Assembly: GCA_046861385.1 (NCBI GenBank)
Contig: JBHHTW010000010.1
Coordinates: 1 to 60,854, forward strand
DNA: 60,854 nt
Reading direction: 5' to 3'
DNA from: Fidelibacterota bacterium
Lineage (GTDB): Bacteria > Fidelibacterota > Marinisomatia > Marinisomatales > TCS55
Part shown: positions 1 through 9,879 of the stretch, one piece after another
How the letters are laid out: every line of letters begins with the position of its first letter
Position numbering within the stretch: the first letter of the stretch is position 1
Position numbers and translations under genes: made by a program
The notes under the pieces: generated by a model
What the model saw: the letters and a program-made list of their open reading frames with translations, nothing else
Told to the model about the DNA's origin: nothing
Database searches by the model: none

Positions 1-76
1 GAATAGATTTTTTGATACCTTTTTGTGCACAGATTTCTACTAAATCATATATGTGCTGGGTATGCTTTATACTCAT
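1..76 (-). CDS. menD: Probable 5' end of MenD (SEPHCHC synthase), truncated by window edge
   Basis: Own translation from ATG at 76 (alternative ATG at 85 overlapping the menF stop): MSIKHTQHIYDLVEICAQKGIKKSI..., resembling MenD N-termini; directly downstream of menF. Confidence 0.55.
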   Translation of the reverse strand, partial: MSIKHTQHIYDLVEICAQKGIKKSI

Positions 77-81
77 AGTCT

Positions 82-1371
82 TCATTGTGTTTTCAATTTA
101 TTTGTCTCCGCGTTCTCCCCGCCTGCGTGCCTTCGGCGGACAGGTGTGTCTCTGTGGCTATTTCCATTCATTACATCCAGTAAGGTCTGGCACTTCAATG
201 CAGTCTCATCCCATTCTCTCTCCGGTATCGAATCATGGGTAATACCCGCTCCCGCATATAGAACCGTTCGGGTTCGTAGGATCTGCATGCATCTGAGATT
301 TACATAAAGACAAGATTGTCCATCCATATTGACAGGCCCCAAAAAGCCGCTGTAGAATTCACGCTTTAAATGTTCATTTGACAGAATAAATTCCACCGAA
401 GGTTTTTTGGGCTGACCACACACAGCAGATGTAGGATGAATCATGTGGAGCATCACGGTAGCCAATTCGGGAAAATGAACTTTATTTAAATCCACATTGT
501 ATTCAGTTTTCAAATGAATCATACTTCCAGCGCGAACAGTTCGGGGACCGGTTTCTACAAATTCCCGTAAACGGACTGTTTTGAACTGCTCAATGATATA
601 GCGGCTCACCATGGCTTGTTCTTCAATTTCTTTTTGGTTCCATGCTGCTTTCGATAAATCGGCATCTTCAGGAAACGGTTGTGTACCGGCCAAGGAAACG
701 GTTCGAAAATGTTCTGCCGATGATTCAATCAACAACTCCGGCGTCGCTCCCATCCAAGTGCCTCTTCCAGGTATGGAGAAGAAATTGACAAATACATCAG
801 GATAAGCTTTTTCCATTCGTTGAAATTGATCCAGCACATCAAAATGTTCTGATAACGGCACATCAAGCGTTCTGGCTGTTACAACCTTATCAAACTTTCC
901 ATTGTTAATAGCTTTTATTCCATCCTGTACCATCTGGATAAAATGGTTTTTTTTGCCGGAAATTTCTGTATCGGGTCGTGCATTCAGATGATAATGAACT
1001 GGATGATGATTTGGTTTTGTTTCATTCATAGAATTCCAAAAAGATTCCGGTACGGCATCGGAGATTGTTATGTCTGATTGCCCTTGTGAGAAAGTCACAT
1101 GCAGATTTGCTTTCAGGAAGAGCGTTTCATTTCCCTCCTTACTAACGAAAGGGCTAATTACAAATCCGGGAGGCGAGGATCGAAAATCAGTCCTGCCTTT
1201 TTTTGGTTCTGACAAAAAATCACAGAGAAAATGAACTGTATCATCATTAGGCAGCCGCCAAATTGCGATAGATGCTTTCTGCGCCATGGCAGAATTCCAA
1301 TATCCTCTTAACGATTGTCTGTTTGTTTGAAGGTTTTTAATAGGAATTTCCTTGCTTATTGAATGATTCAC
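82..1371 (-). CDS. menF: Isochorismate synthase (chorismate-binding MST family)
   Basis: Motifs KVVTAR, WMGATPELL, SLAGT, KEIEEQ, HPTSAVCGQP, REFYSGFLG, LYVNLRC, YAGAGI; likely GTG start at 1371 overlapping the menI stop (GTGA); men gene context. Confidence 0.88.
   Translation of the reverse strand: MNHSISKEIPIKNLQTNRQSLRGYWNSAMAQKASIAIWRLPNDDTVHFLCDFLSEPKKGRTDFRSSPPGFVISPFVSKEGNETLFLKANLHVTFSQGQSDITISDAVPESFWNSMNETKPNHHPVHYHLNARPDTEISGKKNHFIQMVQDGIKAINNGKFDKVVTARTLDVPLSEHFDVLDQFQRMEKAYPDVFVNFFSIPGRGTWMGATPELLIESSAEHFRTVSLAGTQPFPEDADLSKAAWNQKEIEEQAMVSRYIIEQFKTVRLREFVETGPRTVRAGSMIHLKTEYNVDLNKVHFPELATVMLHMIHPTSAVCGQPKKPSVEFILSNEHLKREFYSGFLGPVNMDGQSCLYVNLRCMQILRTRTVLYAGAGITHDSIPEREWDETALKCQTLLDVMNGNSHRDTPVRRRHAGGENAETNKLKTQ
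106..156. repeat. 51-bp dispersed repeat (CACAGAG-bounded, internal GCC-TTC-GGC hairpin), copy 1
   Basis: 49/51 identical to the reverse complement of 36493-36543. Confidence 0.9.
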
Positions 1372-1784
1372 TTCGCTTTCACTACTGCCAATGTTAATCG
1401 AGAGACACAAACCAATTGATCATCGTCATTGGTGATACGAATATCCCAAACATGAGTTCGTTTTCCAACATGAACTGGTAATGCAACTCCGTATACCCAT
1501 CCCGATCTTGCTGTTTTGATATGGTTTGCGTTGATTTCAGCCCCCACAACAAATACATCCGGATAATCTACATTTATGGTTCCGGCAATGCTCCCAAGCG
1601 TTTCAGCGAAGGCGACTGATGCACCGCCGTGAAGCGTTCCCATGAGTTGTTTTGTGCGGCCATCCACAGGCATTTTTCCCTCTACCTTTTCCTTTGACGC
1701 ATTTGTAATCACAATACCAAGATTTTCAGCAAGAGTATTCACCTCCGCGCTTTGGATTATTTGTAATAAGTCTTTTTCAGTCAT
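1368..1784 (-). CDS. menI: Hotdog-fold (PaaI/YdiI) thioesterase, probable DHNA-CoA thioesterase
   Basis: QLMGTLHGGASVAFAETLGS and EINANH motifs; between menG and menF. Confidence 0.8.
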   Translation of the reverse strand: MTEKDLLQIIQSAEVNTLAENLGIVITNASKEKVEGKMPVDGRTKQLMGTLHGGASVAFAETLGSIAGTINVDYPDVFVVGAEINANHIKTARSGWVYGVALPVHVGKRTHVWDIRITNDDDQLVCVSRLTLAVVKAK

Positions 1785-2532
1785 ATTTTTTCTTTCCTAT
1801 ATACAGGGTACAAACCCCAAACGTTAATGAAATTGCTCTACAGTCTACCAATCCGACAGATTCCATCAGTTTAATGAATTCAAGTTTTGTAGGGAAATTC
1901 AAAATAGAGTCCGCCAGGTATTCATACGCAGCTGGATTTTTTGTAAATAATCTGGCCAGCTTCGGAAGCATCCCATTAAGATAAAAATGGTAAATATTCT
2001 TCCACCATCCCGGCTCCGGAGTAGTCAATTCGAGGACCAGTACTTGTCCGCCCGGGACGACCACTCGTTGCATCTCTGACAGTGCTTTCACTTTATCTGG
2101 AATATTTCGAATTCCGAACGCCACAGCACTGACATCAAATGTATTATTTTCAAATTTTAAATCAGTTGCATCTCCCCAGATTAACCGAACCTGATCAGTT
2201 AAACCTAATTCAGTGACTTTTTCCAATCCTTTATCGACCATTTTCTGAACAAAATCCACCCCAACAACTTTGACATCAGAATAATGTTTTGCACAGTCCA
2301 ACGCCAAATCGCCTGTACCGGTGGCCACATCCAAAAAACGATGAGTATTAAAAAAATTCATTTCTTTTATGGTACGCTTTCGCCACGCTACATCTCGTCG
2401 ACCAGAGAGGAATCGATTCAAAAAATCATACTTATCTGTCACAGAAGTAAAAATATCTTTAACAATACCGATACGTTGATCATCAGTCATTTCCTTTACG
2501 GAAGGATATTCTTTATTTAGTATTTCATTCAC
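1777..2532 (-). CDS. menG: Demethylmenaquinone methyltransferase (UbiE/MenG)
   Basis: YDFLNRFLS, LDVATGTGD, AFGIRN, EMQRVVVPGG, AYEYLADSI motifs. Confidence 0.9.
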   Translation of the reverse strand: MNEILNKEYPSVKEMTDDQRIGIVKDIFTSVTDKYDFLNRFLSGRRDVAWRKRTIKEMNFFNTHRFLDVATGTGDLALDCAKHYSDVKVVGVDFVQKMVDKGLEKVTELGLTDQVRLIWGDATDLKFENNTFDVSAVAFGIRNIPDKVKALSEMQRVVVPGGQVLVLELTTPEPGWWKNIYHFYLNGMLPKLARLFTKNPAAYEYLADSILNFPTKLEFIKLMESVGLVDCRAISLTFGVCTLYIGKKKYD

Positions 2533-2538
2533 AGTTGT

Positions 2539-3153
2539 TTATGAAAATCCTTTTGTAAATAAATCTGATATTCCCTTCACCCAAGTCTTCGTGTCAAATC
2601 TATTCCTATTTCCTGTTTCAAGTGCTTCATGATAATCCTTTAAAAATCGATTCAATACAGCATCCAAAAAGAAAACAGCCTGGGCTTTATCCAATCCCTG
2701 ATTCAATTCGCCTCGGCTCATGGCATCTTGTATGATATTCCCCAAATAGTTATCCGACATGGTTTGCAATTCGTTAACTATAAGCTTTCTATTGGGAGAA
2801 TCACCGGAGTAAACCAGCCTGAAATAAATCCTGGCCAGTCGTGGATGTTCGGTAATGAATTGAATTCCAGCGCTAACAATTTTTGAAAGGCGAATTTCAA
2901 AGGAAAGGTCAGCCGTTTCATCCCTGACTTTTCGCAAATATCCCTTTACCTCTCCCAGCGCTAACTGGTAGATATGCAAATACAGGCTGCTCTTGGTTTT
3001 GAAATAATTGAATAATGATCCTTTTGAAATGCCTGCCTGTTCCACCACTTTATTCATTGATGCATTTCCATAATTTCTTTCAGCAAATTCTGAAATAGAT
3101 GCATTTACAATGCGCACTTGCTTTTCGATGGGTAGTTTTTCAAATGGTTTCAT
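2539..3153 (-). CDS. TetR/AcrR family transcriptional regulator
   Basis: N-terminal HTH ASMNKVVEQAGISKGSLFNYFKTK. Confidence 0.9.
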   Translation of the reverse strand: MKPFEKLPIEKQVRIVNASISEFAERNYGNASMNKVVEQAGISKGSLFNYFKTKSSLYLHIYQLALGEVKGYLRKVRDETADLSFEIRLSKIVSAGIQFITEHPRLARIYFRLVYSGDSPNRKLIVNELQTMSDNYLGNIIQDAMSRGELNQGLDKAQAVFFLDAVLNRFLKDYHEALETGNRNRFDTKTWVKGISDLFTKGFS

Positions 3154-3181
3154 GTTGTTTATCGAGACAAATACTGTATAA

Positions 3182-3195
3182 TGACCGGGTGGTCA
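3182..3195. promoter_or_regulatory. Candidate TetR operator TGACC-N4-GGTCA
   Basis: Inverted repeat tgacc-gggt-ggtca about 30 bp upstream of the tetR start in the divergent intergenic region. Confidence 0.5.
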
Positions 3196-3542
3196 AATTA
3201 GTTAATATTTTGGTAAAAAATAACATATTATATTTTGAAATTTTTATCATTTTAAAAAAAATTTCGCTGATTACCATTTACCATTCATATAATTACCCTG
3301 AATTTCAAATTAAATAATTTATATTGTTTACTTGCGAATAGTTTCCATGTGAATTATTGTATTGCTTTATTACCATAACAATATATAATTTAAATATTCC
3401 ATCACTTATTTCTTACTTTCTGTAATTAACTGAATGGTACATTTATCCATTCACCAATATTTGAAATGGTTATTCAAAAATTTGACAAAAGAAAATATGC
3501 GCTATCAAAAAAAATCAATATTAATAATTGTTCCATACATTT

Positions 3543-5561
3543 ATGAGCTATAATTATAAAAGTTTGTCAATAAATCAACTTTCCATAATTGGGGCAGGTC
3601 AGATAGGTCCGGACATTTGTCTACACTTTTCAAAAGTATTTTCAAAACATCATGTTGCCTTGATATTGGTAGATATCTCTGATGAGGCACTTAATAATGC
3701 AAAGACAAAAATAGAAAAGAAAATCCAAAGAGGCGTTGAATCCGGCGCGTTTAAGCCTGATATGGCTGAATCCATGAGAAACAGCATTACATATACCTCG
3801 GACTATCAAAAAATAGCCGGATCGGAAATTGTGTTGGAAGCTGCCACCGAAGATGAAAAAATAAAAAATGTTATCTTTGGACAGGTTGAAAAAATTTGTG
3901 ATGATCAATGTTTATTCTTATCAAACTCTTCCCACATGCGACCAGAGGTTATTTTCCAAAATATTGAGAATAAAAAACGCTGCCTGGTCACCCATTATTT
4001 TTTCCCGGCAGAACGTAATCCCATTGTTGAAATTATTCCCGGAGAAGCAACCGGCAAAAGTATTACAGATATACTGCTCGGTTTTTATGAAGCTATTGGG
4101 AAGGTTCCAATAAAAGTGAAAAGTTCTTACGGTTATGCAGTAGATCCTATTTTCGAAGGTCTGTGTCAAACTGCTATTTATTGTCTTGAAAAAGGCTATG
4201 GTACCGTTAAAGAAATTGATGCCGCCGCCCGGAAATCTCTCGGTTTGGGAGTCGGTCCTTTTACAGCTCTTGCTTTGACCGGTGGAAACCCCATTACAAA
4301 TCATGGATTGGACGAAATGGGCCATGAACTTATGCCGTGGTTCCGATCGCCAAAAGCTTTGCAGGACGCCGTCAATAATGACACATCCTGGGATATAGCA
4401 AAACAAGGTGAAATAATAGAAACTTCTCCTGAAAAGGAAGCTGTATTAGAAAAGCAATTCCTGGGTGCCTATTTTGCCCTGGTTTCTTATGTAATGGATA
4501 TTGGAATTTGCAATCTAAACGATTTGAATATGGCATGTGAAATTGCATTGGTTGTAAAAGCTCCTTTTACATTAATGAATACAATTGGACTTGACGATGC
4601 TTACGAAATTGTAGAAAAGTTTTGTGCTGAACACAAACGTTTTCCTATTCCAGAATCCCTTATAAATGCGAAAGCTGAAGGAAAATGGAAAACCTCGCAT
4701 CTGGTTAAATCAGTGAAAGATTGCGTTGCCATTTTCACTATACGCCGACCCAGCGTTTTAAATGCATTGAATCTTGATGTTATAGCTGATTTAGAAGCAG
4801 GGTTGGTTGAAACAGAAAGTGATGATTCTATCCTCGGATCAGTCATCACCGGTTTCGGAGTAAAGGCTTTTGTATCTGGAGCGGATATAAATATGCTTGC
4901 ATCCCTAAAAACTCCGGAAGAGGGCTACAATAATGCCAGGAGTTTCCAAGTGGTTTTTAGTAGAATTCAGAAACTGAAGAAACCGGTAATTTGTGCCATG
5001 AACGGATTCGCATTTGGTGGCGGGAATGAACTTGCCATTAGCTGCACCATGAGAATTTGCAAAAAAGGATTGCCCATATTGGCCTGCCAGCCGGAAGTAA
5101 ACCTTGGTTTTATTCCCGGCGCAGGAGGAACACAACGTCTACCGAGATTGATCGGTCTAGACATTGCTGCCGAAATATTACGCACCGGCCGCCCGATCTC
5201 TTCTTCAGAAGCATTCGACATTGGCCTCGTTGATAAAGAAGTAGATGGTGATCTGATTGGACAAGGAATTTCACTTGTAAATCAAATTGCAGAGGGTTCA
5301 TTACTTGTGAAACCCATGACTGAAACACCCATCGCCCTTGGCGAAGGGATTCCCGATATTGAATTGGGTCATTTAAGCCGGGCCATTGACACCATTTTGG
5401 TTGATACAATTTATAAAGGAGGCGAAATGACTCTGGAGGAAGGTCTGGAATTTGAAGCCAGGCAGTTTGGGAAATGTATGAAAACAAAAGATATGAAAAT
5501 CGGACTGAAAAATTTTATAGAGAACGGTCCGAAAGTGAAGGCTGATTTTATTCATGAATGA
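3543..5561 (+). CDS. 3-hydroxyacyl-CoA dehydrogenase / enoyl-CoA hydratase fusion (IaaP-like)
   Basis: N-terminal GAGQIG Rossmann, EAATE, SNSS; C-terminal crotonase AFVSGADI, GGGNELA, QPEVNLGFIPGAGGTQRLPRLIG; ATG at 3543 preferred over TTG 3528. Confidence 0.85.
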   Translation: MSYNYKSLSINQLSIIGAGQIGPDICLHFSKVFSKHHVALILVDISDEALNNAKTKIEKKIQRGVESGAFKPDMAESMRNSITYTSDYQKIAGSEIVLEAATEDEKIKNVIFGQVEKICDDQCLFLSNSSHMRPEVIFQNIENKKRCLVTHYFFPAERNPIVEIIPGEATGKSITDILLGFYEAIGKVPIKVKSSYGYAVDPIFEGLCQTAIYCLEKGYGTVKEIDAAARKSLGLGVGPFTALALTGGNPITNHGLDEMGHELMPWFRSPKALQDAVNNDTSWDIAKQGEIIETSPEKEAVLEKQFLGAYFALVSYVMDIGICNLNDLNMACEIALVVKAPFTLMNTIGLDDAYEIVEKFCAEHKRFPIPESLINAKAEGKWKTSHLVKSVKDCVAIFTIRRPSVLNALNLDVIADLEAGLVETESDDSILGSVITGFGVKAFVSGADINMLASLKTPEEGYNNARSFQVVFSRIQKLKKPVICAMNGFAFGGGNELAISCTMRICKKGLPILACQPEVNLGFIPGAGGTQRLPRLIGLDIAAEILRTGRPISSSEAFDIGLVDKEVDGDLIGQGISLVNQIAEGSLLVKPMTETPIALGEGIPDIELGHLSRAIDTILVDTIYKGGEMTLEEGLEFEARQFGKCMKTKDMKIGLKNFIENGPKVKADFIHE

Positions 5562-5578
5562 CAGGAACTGGATAAAAA

Positions 5579-7696
5579 ATGAAATATAAACTGGGCGTCG
5601 ACATTGGCGGGACATTTACGGACTTTTTCCTCGTATCCAGTACCGGCGAAGCCACCATGCACAAAACACTCTCTACCCCGGAAGATTCCTCCATTGGCTT
5701 TATGACTGGTATCAAGGAGCTGGCTGAAAAATTGTCTGCCAAAGAGGATCAATTCATTCGAAATATCGAAACCATTGTTCATGGAACAACTGTTGCCACC
5801 AATACATTGCTGACTTTAAAAGGAGCTAAAACAGCATTAATAACAACGACGGGATTTCGGGATGCGTTGGAAATGAGACGCGGCATCCGGGAAGAACAAT
5901 ATAATAACCATTACCAAAATGTAACACCCCTTGTCCCCCGATATCTGCGATTGACTCTGGATGAAAGAATTGATGCAGATGGAAATGAAACAACACCGGT
6001 GGATTTGTCACTATTAGATGTGATTATTGATCAGCTAAAAGCGGAATCGGTTGAATCGGTTGCTGTCTGTTTTATGAACTCCTATTTGAACAATTCCCAC
6101 GAAAAACAGGTAACCGAATATTTAAAAACACATTTAAAAGATATTTTTATTACCGCTTCTTATGAAGTACTACCTTCTATCCGATTTTATGAACGGATCA
6201 GTACAACGGTTGTAAATGCTTATATCGGTGTTGTAGTTGACAAATATATCGCCTCATTACTAGCCAAGTTAGAAGCTCTGAACTTTAAAGGTGGTTTTTC
6301 CATCATGCAGTCTAATGGTGGTGTCGTTTCGCCTGATATTGTTCGAAAAATTCCAGCGGTGACTGTTTTATCTGGTCCCGCAGCAGCACCCATTGCCGGT
6401 GCCTATTATGCCGACATACTTGGTTTCAACCATTGTATTACGATGGATATGGGTGGTACCAGTTTTGATGCCAGTATGGTGGTGAATGGTCAATGCGTTA
6501 CCAGCACCGATGGGGATATTAACCGCTATAGGATAGCACTCCCTTCATTGGACATTATTACTATTGGAGCCGGTGGTGGAAGCATTGGCTGGGTTGACAG
6601 CGGCGGACTGCTGAAGATGGGACCCCAAAGCGCAGGCTCATTGCCGGGACCTGTTTGCTATGATAGAAACGGAGAAGAACCTGCCTGTACTGATGCGGAT
6701 TTAATTTTGGGCTACCTTCATCCAAATTTTTTTGCCGGAGGTAAATATCCTCTCAATAAAGAGAAAGCTTCGAAAGAATTGGAGAAAAAGTTAGCTGTTC
6801 CACTAGATCTTTCGATAATGGAAACAGCCGCCGGTATGTACCGCGTAATCAATATGAATATGGCACAGGGTGTTCGTCAGGTATCGGTTGAGCGGGGTTA
6901 TGACCCCAGAGAATTTTTAATGATTGTTGCCGGTGGTGCCGGACCGATTCACGCTGGGGAGATATGTCGTGAATTGGAAATCCCCATGTTTGTTGTTCCC
7001 AATGTTGCTCCTATTTTCTGTGCGACAGGCATGTTATTAGGTGACCTAAAACATGATTATGTTCGATCATATATCACACGATTTTCGGATATTGATAAGA
7101 CGTTCTTCCTTAATTTATATCATGAAATGAAACAGGAAAGTTTTGATACACTGTCCAGGGAAGGAATTGATCAAGATAAAATAGAATTTATTCCCACCCT
7201 TGATTTGCGTTATGTTGGGCAATATCATGAGGTTCCTCTTCAGGTCGGAATGGGTGATATTTCTTCATTCAACCTGGATAATATTAAAAATGAATTTCAT
7301 AAAGAACACAATCGTCAATTTGGATACTCGTTAAAAGAAGAAGATACGGAATTGGAAATAATTAATGTTCGTTTACGGGCAATAGGTATAACTCAAAAGC
7401 CAAATAGTTTTGCGAAAATTGATAATTCTGAACCGATAAAAAACCCTGATTTTGCACTAAAACATCTCCGGAATTCTTATATTCCAGAATTGAATGATTT
7501 AAATGAGATTCCTGTCTATGACGGAGAAAAGCTAACGGGAAAATACACCATCGAAGGTCCTGCAATTATTGAACAAATCAATACTACCATTTTTCTTGGA
7601 AAAACTTACGATTGTGATACAGGAATTGGTGGTTCATTTATTGTTTATAACAAAGATAAATACCCCGATGGATTTGACATCATAAAGCACAATTAA
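5579..7696 (+). CDS. Hydantoinase A / oxoprolinase family ATP-binding subunit (IaaC/E-like)
   Basis: GVDIGGTFTD, HGTTVATN, SGPAAA, DMGGTSFD, GAGGGSIG, GPQSAG motifs. Confidence 0.9.
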   Translation: MKYKLGVDIGGTFTDFFLVSSTGEATMHKTLSTPEDSSIGFMTGIKELAEKLSAKEDQFIRNIETIVHGTTVATNTLLTLKGAKTALITTTGFRDALEMRRGIREEQYNNHYQNVTPLVPRYLRLTLDERIDADGNETTPVDLSLLDVIIDQLKAESVESVAVCFMNSYLNNSHEKQVTEYLKTHLKDIFITASYEVLPSIRFYERISTTVVNAYIGVVVDKYIASLLAKLEALNFKGGFSIMQSNGGVVSPDIVRKIPAVTVLSGPAAAPIAGAYYADILGFNHCITMDMGGTSFDASMVVNGQCVTSTDGDINRYRIALPSLDIITIGAGGGSIGWVDSGGLLKMGPQSAGSLPGPVCYDRNGEEPACTDADLILGYLHPNFFAGGKYPLNKEKASKELEKKLAVPLDLSIMETAAGMYRVINMNMAQGVRQVSVERGYDPREFLMIVAGGAGPIHAGEICRELEIPMFVVPNVAPIFCATGMLLGDLKHDYVRSYITRFSDIDKTFFLNLYHEMKQESFDTLSREGIDQDKIEFIPTLDLRYVGQYHEVPLQVGMGDISSFNLDNIKNEFHKEHNRQFGYSLKEEDTELEIINVRLRAIGITQKPNSFAKIDNSEPIKNPDFALKHLRNSYIPELNDLNEIPVYDGEKLTGKYTIEGPAIIEQINTTIFLGKTYDCDTGIGGSFIVYNKDKYPDGFDIIKHN

Positions 7697-7706
7697 TTGA
7701 ATTAAA

Positions 7707-9389
7707 ATGGTTAAAATAGATAAAATTCTCCTTTCGATTTTCCAGCGGACTTTCAAATCCATTACGGATGAAATGAGTATTTCATTAACCAAAACAACCC
7801 GATCTCCCATCTTATGCGAAGCGAAAGATTTTGTAACCGGATTATATGACGCAGAAGGCCAAATGCTGGAACAAACAGAGAATCTTCCCATCTTGTCCTT
7901 TTCCCTTGGCCCGGTATGTCGTGTTATATTAGAACAGTATGGGGATAATATTTTTCCCGGGGATGTTATTATCCATAATGATGTATTTTCTATGGGAAAT
8001 CAGAATAATGATGTGGCCATTTTTAAACCCATTTTTCACGAAAATACCCTCATTGGCTGGGCAGCCGCGAAAGGCCATCAGGCGGATATCGGCGGTGCAG
8101 TTCAGGGCGGGTACAATCCCAATGCGACAGAAGTCTGGCAAGAGGCGATTCGAATTCCAGCTGTCAAACTCTATGAAAATGGTGAATTGAGGGAAGATGT
8201 TTGGAATCTTATCTTTGCGAATATTCGTTTGACCATGGTTCAAGAAGATATTAAAGCGCAAATTGGCGCATGTACATTAGGTGAAAGACGTCTGGAAGCT
8301 CTAGTGAATAAATATGGAATCGAATCATTTAATGCCCATAAACAGGAATTATTTGATGCAACTGAAACAATGATGCGCGGTGAAATCGCTGCCATTCCCA
8401 ACGGTGTTTATCATGGTGACAGTATGGTGTTTTATGACGGGAAACATAAGGGATCAGAATTTACCGTTCGAGCAAAAATAACCGTTAAAGATGATTCAAT
8501 TTCGTTTGATTTTTCTGATTCGTCTCCCCAGACGAAAGGATTCGTAAACGGTACATATACATCCACTTGTTCTGCGATTACATTGACATTTCTTCAAATG
8601 GTCAATTCAGATATCCCCCACAACGAGGGTATGATAAAACCCTTGGAATACATTGTGCCAGAAGGAATTATTTTAAATGCTTCCTATCCGGCTGCAACCA
8701 CTTTTGGGAATCACTTATGCCCCCAGGTTGCAGATTCTATTGCCAAGGCGTTGAGCAAAGCCATTCCCGATAAAATCACAGCCGGTTGGAATCATTTACT
8801 CTGTTCATTATTTACAGGCAATCATCCAAAAACGAATGAAAAATATGTAGATATTTGTTTTCTTGGGCTTAAAGGTGGTTCAGGAGCATTGAACGGTTCT
8901 GACGGTTACGACCATATTGGAATGATTGATGCTTCCGGCGGTATATTGGACCAGGATTACGAAATGTTTGAACAGCAGACGCCACACACACTTTTACACC
9001 ACGAATATTTGCAAGACTCCGGAGGGCCAGGTCAATGGCGGGGCGGTTTGGGTGTAGTGACAAAAATCAAACTGGGTGGTGACGATACAACCATGGTGGT
9101 ATTTGGCGACGGGGATGTGAAACCACCCTATGGTTTATTTGGAGGTGAAACAAGTATTCTAAACAGTATATCTTTAACGTATCCTGATGGCAAGAAATTG
9201 GTTCCAATGAGTAAAGATATGATCGAAACTATTCCAAACGGAACGATTTACCGCCAAGTTGCCGGTGGTGGCGGTGGTTATGGAAAACCTGAAGATAGAG
9301 ATCCAAACGTTGTGAAAAATGATTTTTATAATGAAGTAGTATCCAAAGAACAAGCAGAAAAAATTTATAAAGTTCAAATAAAGGTTTAA
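7707..9389 (+). CDS. Hydantoinase B / oxoprolinase family subunit (IaaC/E-like)
   Basis: PGDVIIHND, HQADIGG, EVWQE, DSGGPGQWRGGLG, GGGGGYGKP motifs; paired with the A subunit. Confidence 0.9.
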   Translation: MVKIDKILLSIFQRTFKSITDEMSISLTKTTRSPILCEAKDFVTGLYDAEGQMLEQTENLPILSFSLGPVCRVILEQYGDNIFPGDVIIHNDVFSMGNQNNDVAIFKPIFHENTLIGWAAAKGHQADIGGAVQGGYNPNATEVWQEAIRIPAVKLYENGELREDVWNLIFANIRLTMVQEDIKAQIGACTLGERRLEALVNKYGIESFNAHKQELFDATETMMRGEIAAIPNGVYHGDSMVFYDGKHKGSEFTVRAKITVKDDSISFDFSDSSPQTKGFVNGTYTSTCSAITLTFLQMVNSDIPHNEGMIKPLEYIVPEGIILNASYPAATTFGNHLCPQVADSIAKALSKAIPDKITAGWNHLLCSLFTGNHPKTNEKYVDICFLGLKGGSGALNGSDGYDHIGMIDASGGILDQDYEMFEQQTPHTLLHHEYLQDSGGPGQWRGGLGVVTKIKLGGDDTTMVVFGDGDVKPPYGLFGGETSILNSISLTYPDGKKLVPMSKDMIETIPNGTIYRQVAGGGGGYGKPEDRDPNVVKNDFYNEVVSKEQAEKIYKVQIKV

Positions 9390-9390
9390 T

Positions 9391-9879
9391 ATGAGTTATA
9401 CAATAGAACAAAAATTTAGTGCTCTATGTAAAATTACCCGGGCATCTCATTTTGAATGGCGGGAGGCGTTTATAAAAATGTTTCCCAACATGGACTCAAA
9501 AGAAGCTGTTTTGAAATATTGGGAAATTGTTGGCCATGATACTGCCAAGGCATACCTAAAACGAATGGACAGTGCTAAGCCAGTCGCTCCTCAAATTGCT
9601 GAAATGATTGTCAACAGTTCGTTGGCTATGGGTGAGGATGCAGAAATGACAGAGGAAAATAGTGGGAATGTCCGGTTGGTTCATTCCGCGTGTCCTTGGT
9701 ATGACTGGCATAAAAAATATAATGCTCTTGAAGAAGACCAGCCCGGTTGTGACCGTTGGATGCAAACACTCGTGGATGATATCAATCAAAAACTTGGCAC
9801 CCATATTAAAGTCAAAACGATGAGTTCACTGCCAAACGGGAATGACAATTGCACGCGGATTTTTTCGGAGAAAAAATAA
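9391..9879 (+). CDS. Small Cys-motif protein, ATC-hydrolase/V4R-like fold, function unknown
   Basis: CPW...GCD...GNDNC pattern; translationally coupled between hydantoinase B and the acyl-CoA dehydrogenase. Confidence 0.65.
   Translation: MSYTIEQKFSALCKITRASHFEWREAFIKMFPNMDSKEAVLKYWEIVGHDTAKAYLKRMDSAKPVAPQIAEMIVNSSLAMGEDAEMTEENSGNVRLVHSACPWYDWHKKYNALEEDQPGCDRWMQTLVDDINQKLGTHIKVKTMSSLPNGNDNCTRIFSEKK

Noticed and set aside
12-307. Plus-strand ORFs 12-242 and 53-307 sharing peptides with ORFs at 36425-36664 and 36435-36620
   Set aside because: The shared peptides are translations of the 51-bp repeat; the ORFs are antisense to real genes.
3482-3510. Sigma70 promoter TTGACA upstream of the catabolic operon
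   Set aside because: No convincing -10 at 16-18 bp spacing in a very AT-rich region.
5579-9389. Plain 5-oxoprolinase or acetone/acetophenone carboxylase
   Set aside because: Family motifs fit, but no additional carboxylase subunits are evident and the neighbours match the indoleacetate pathway better.
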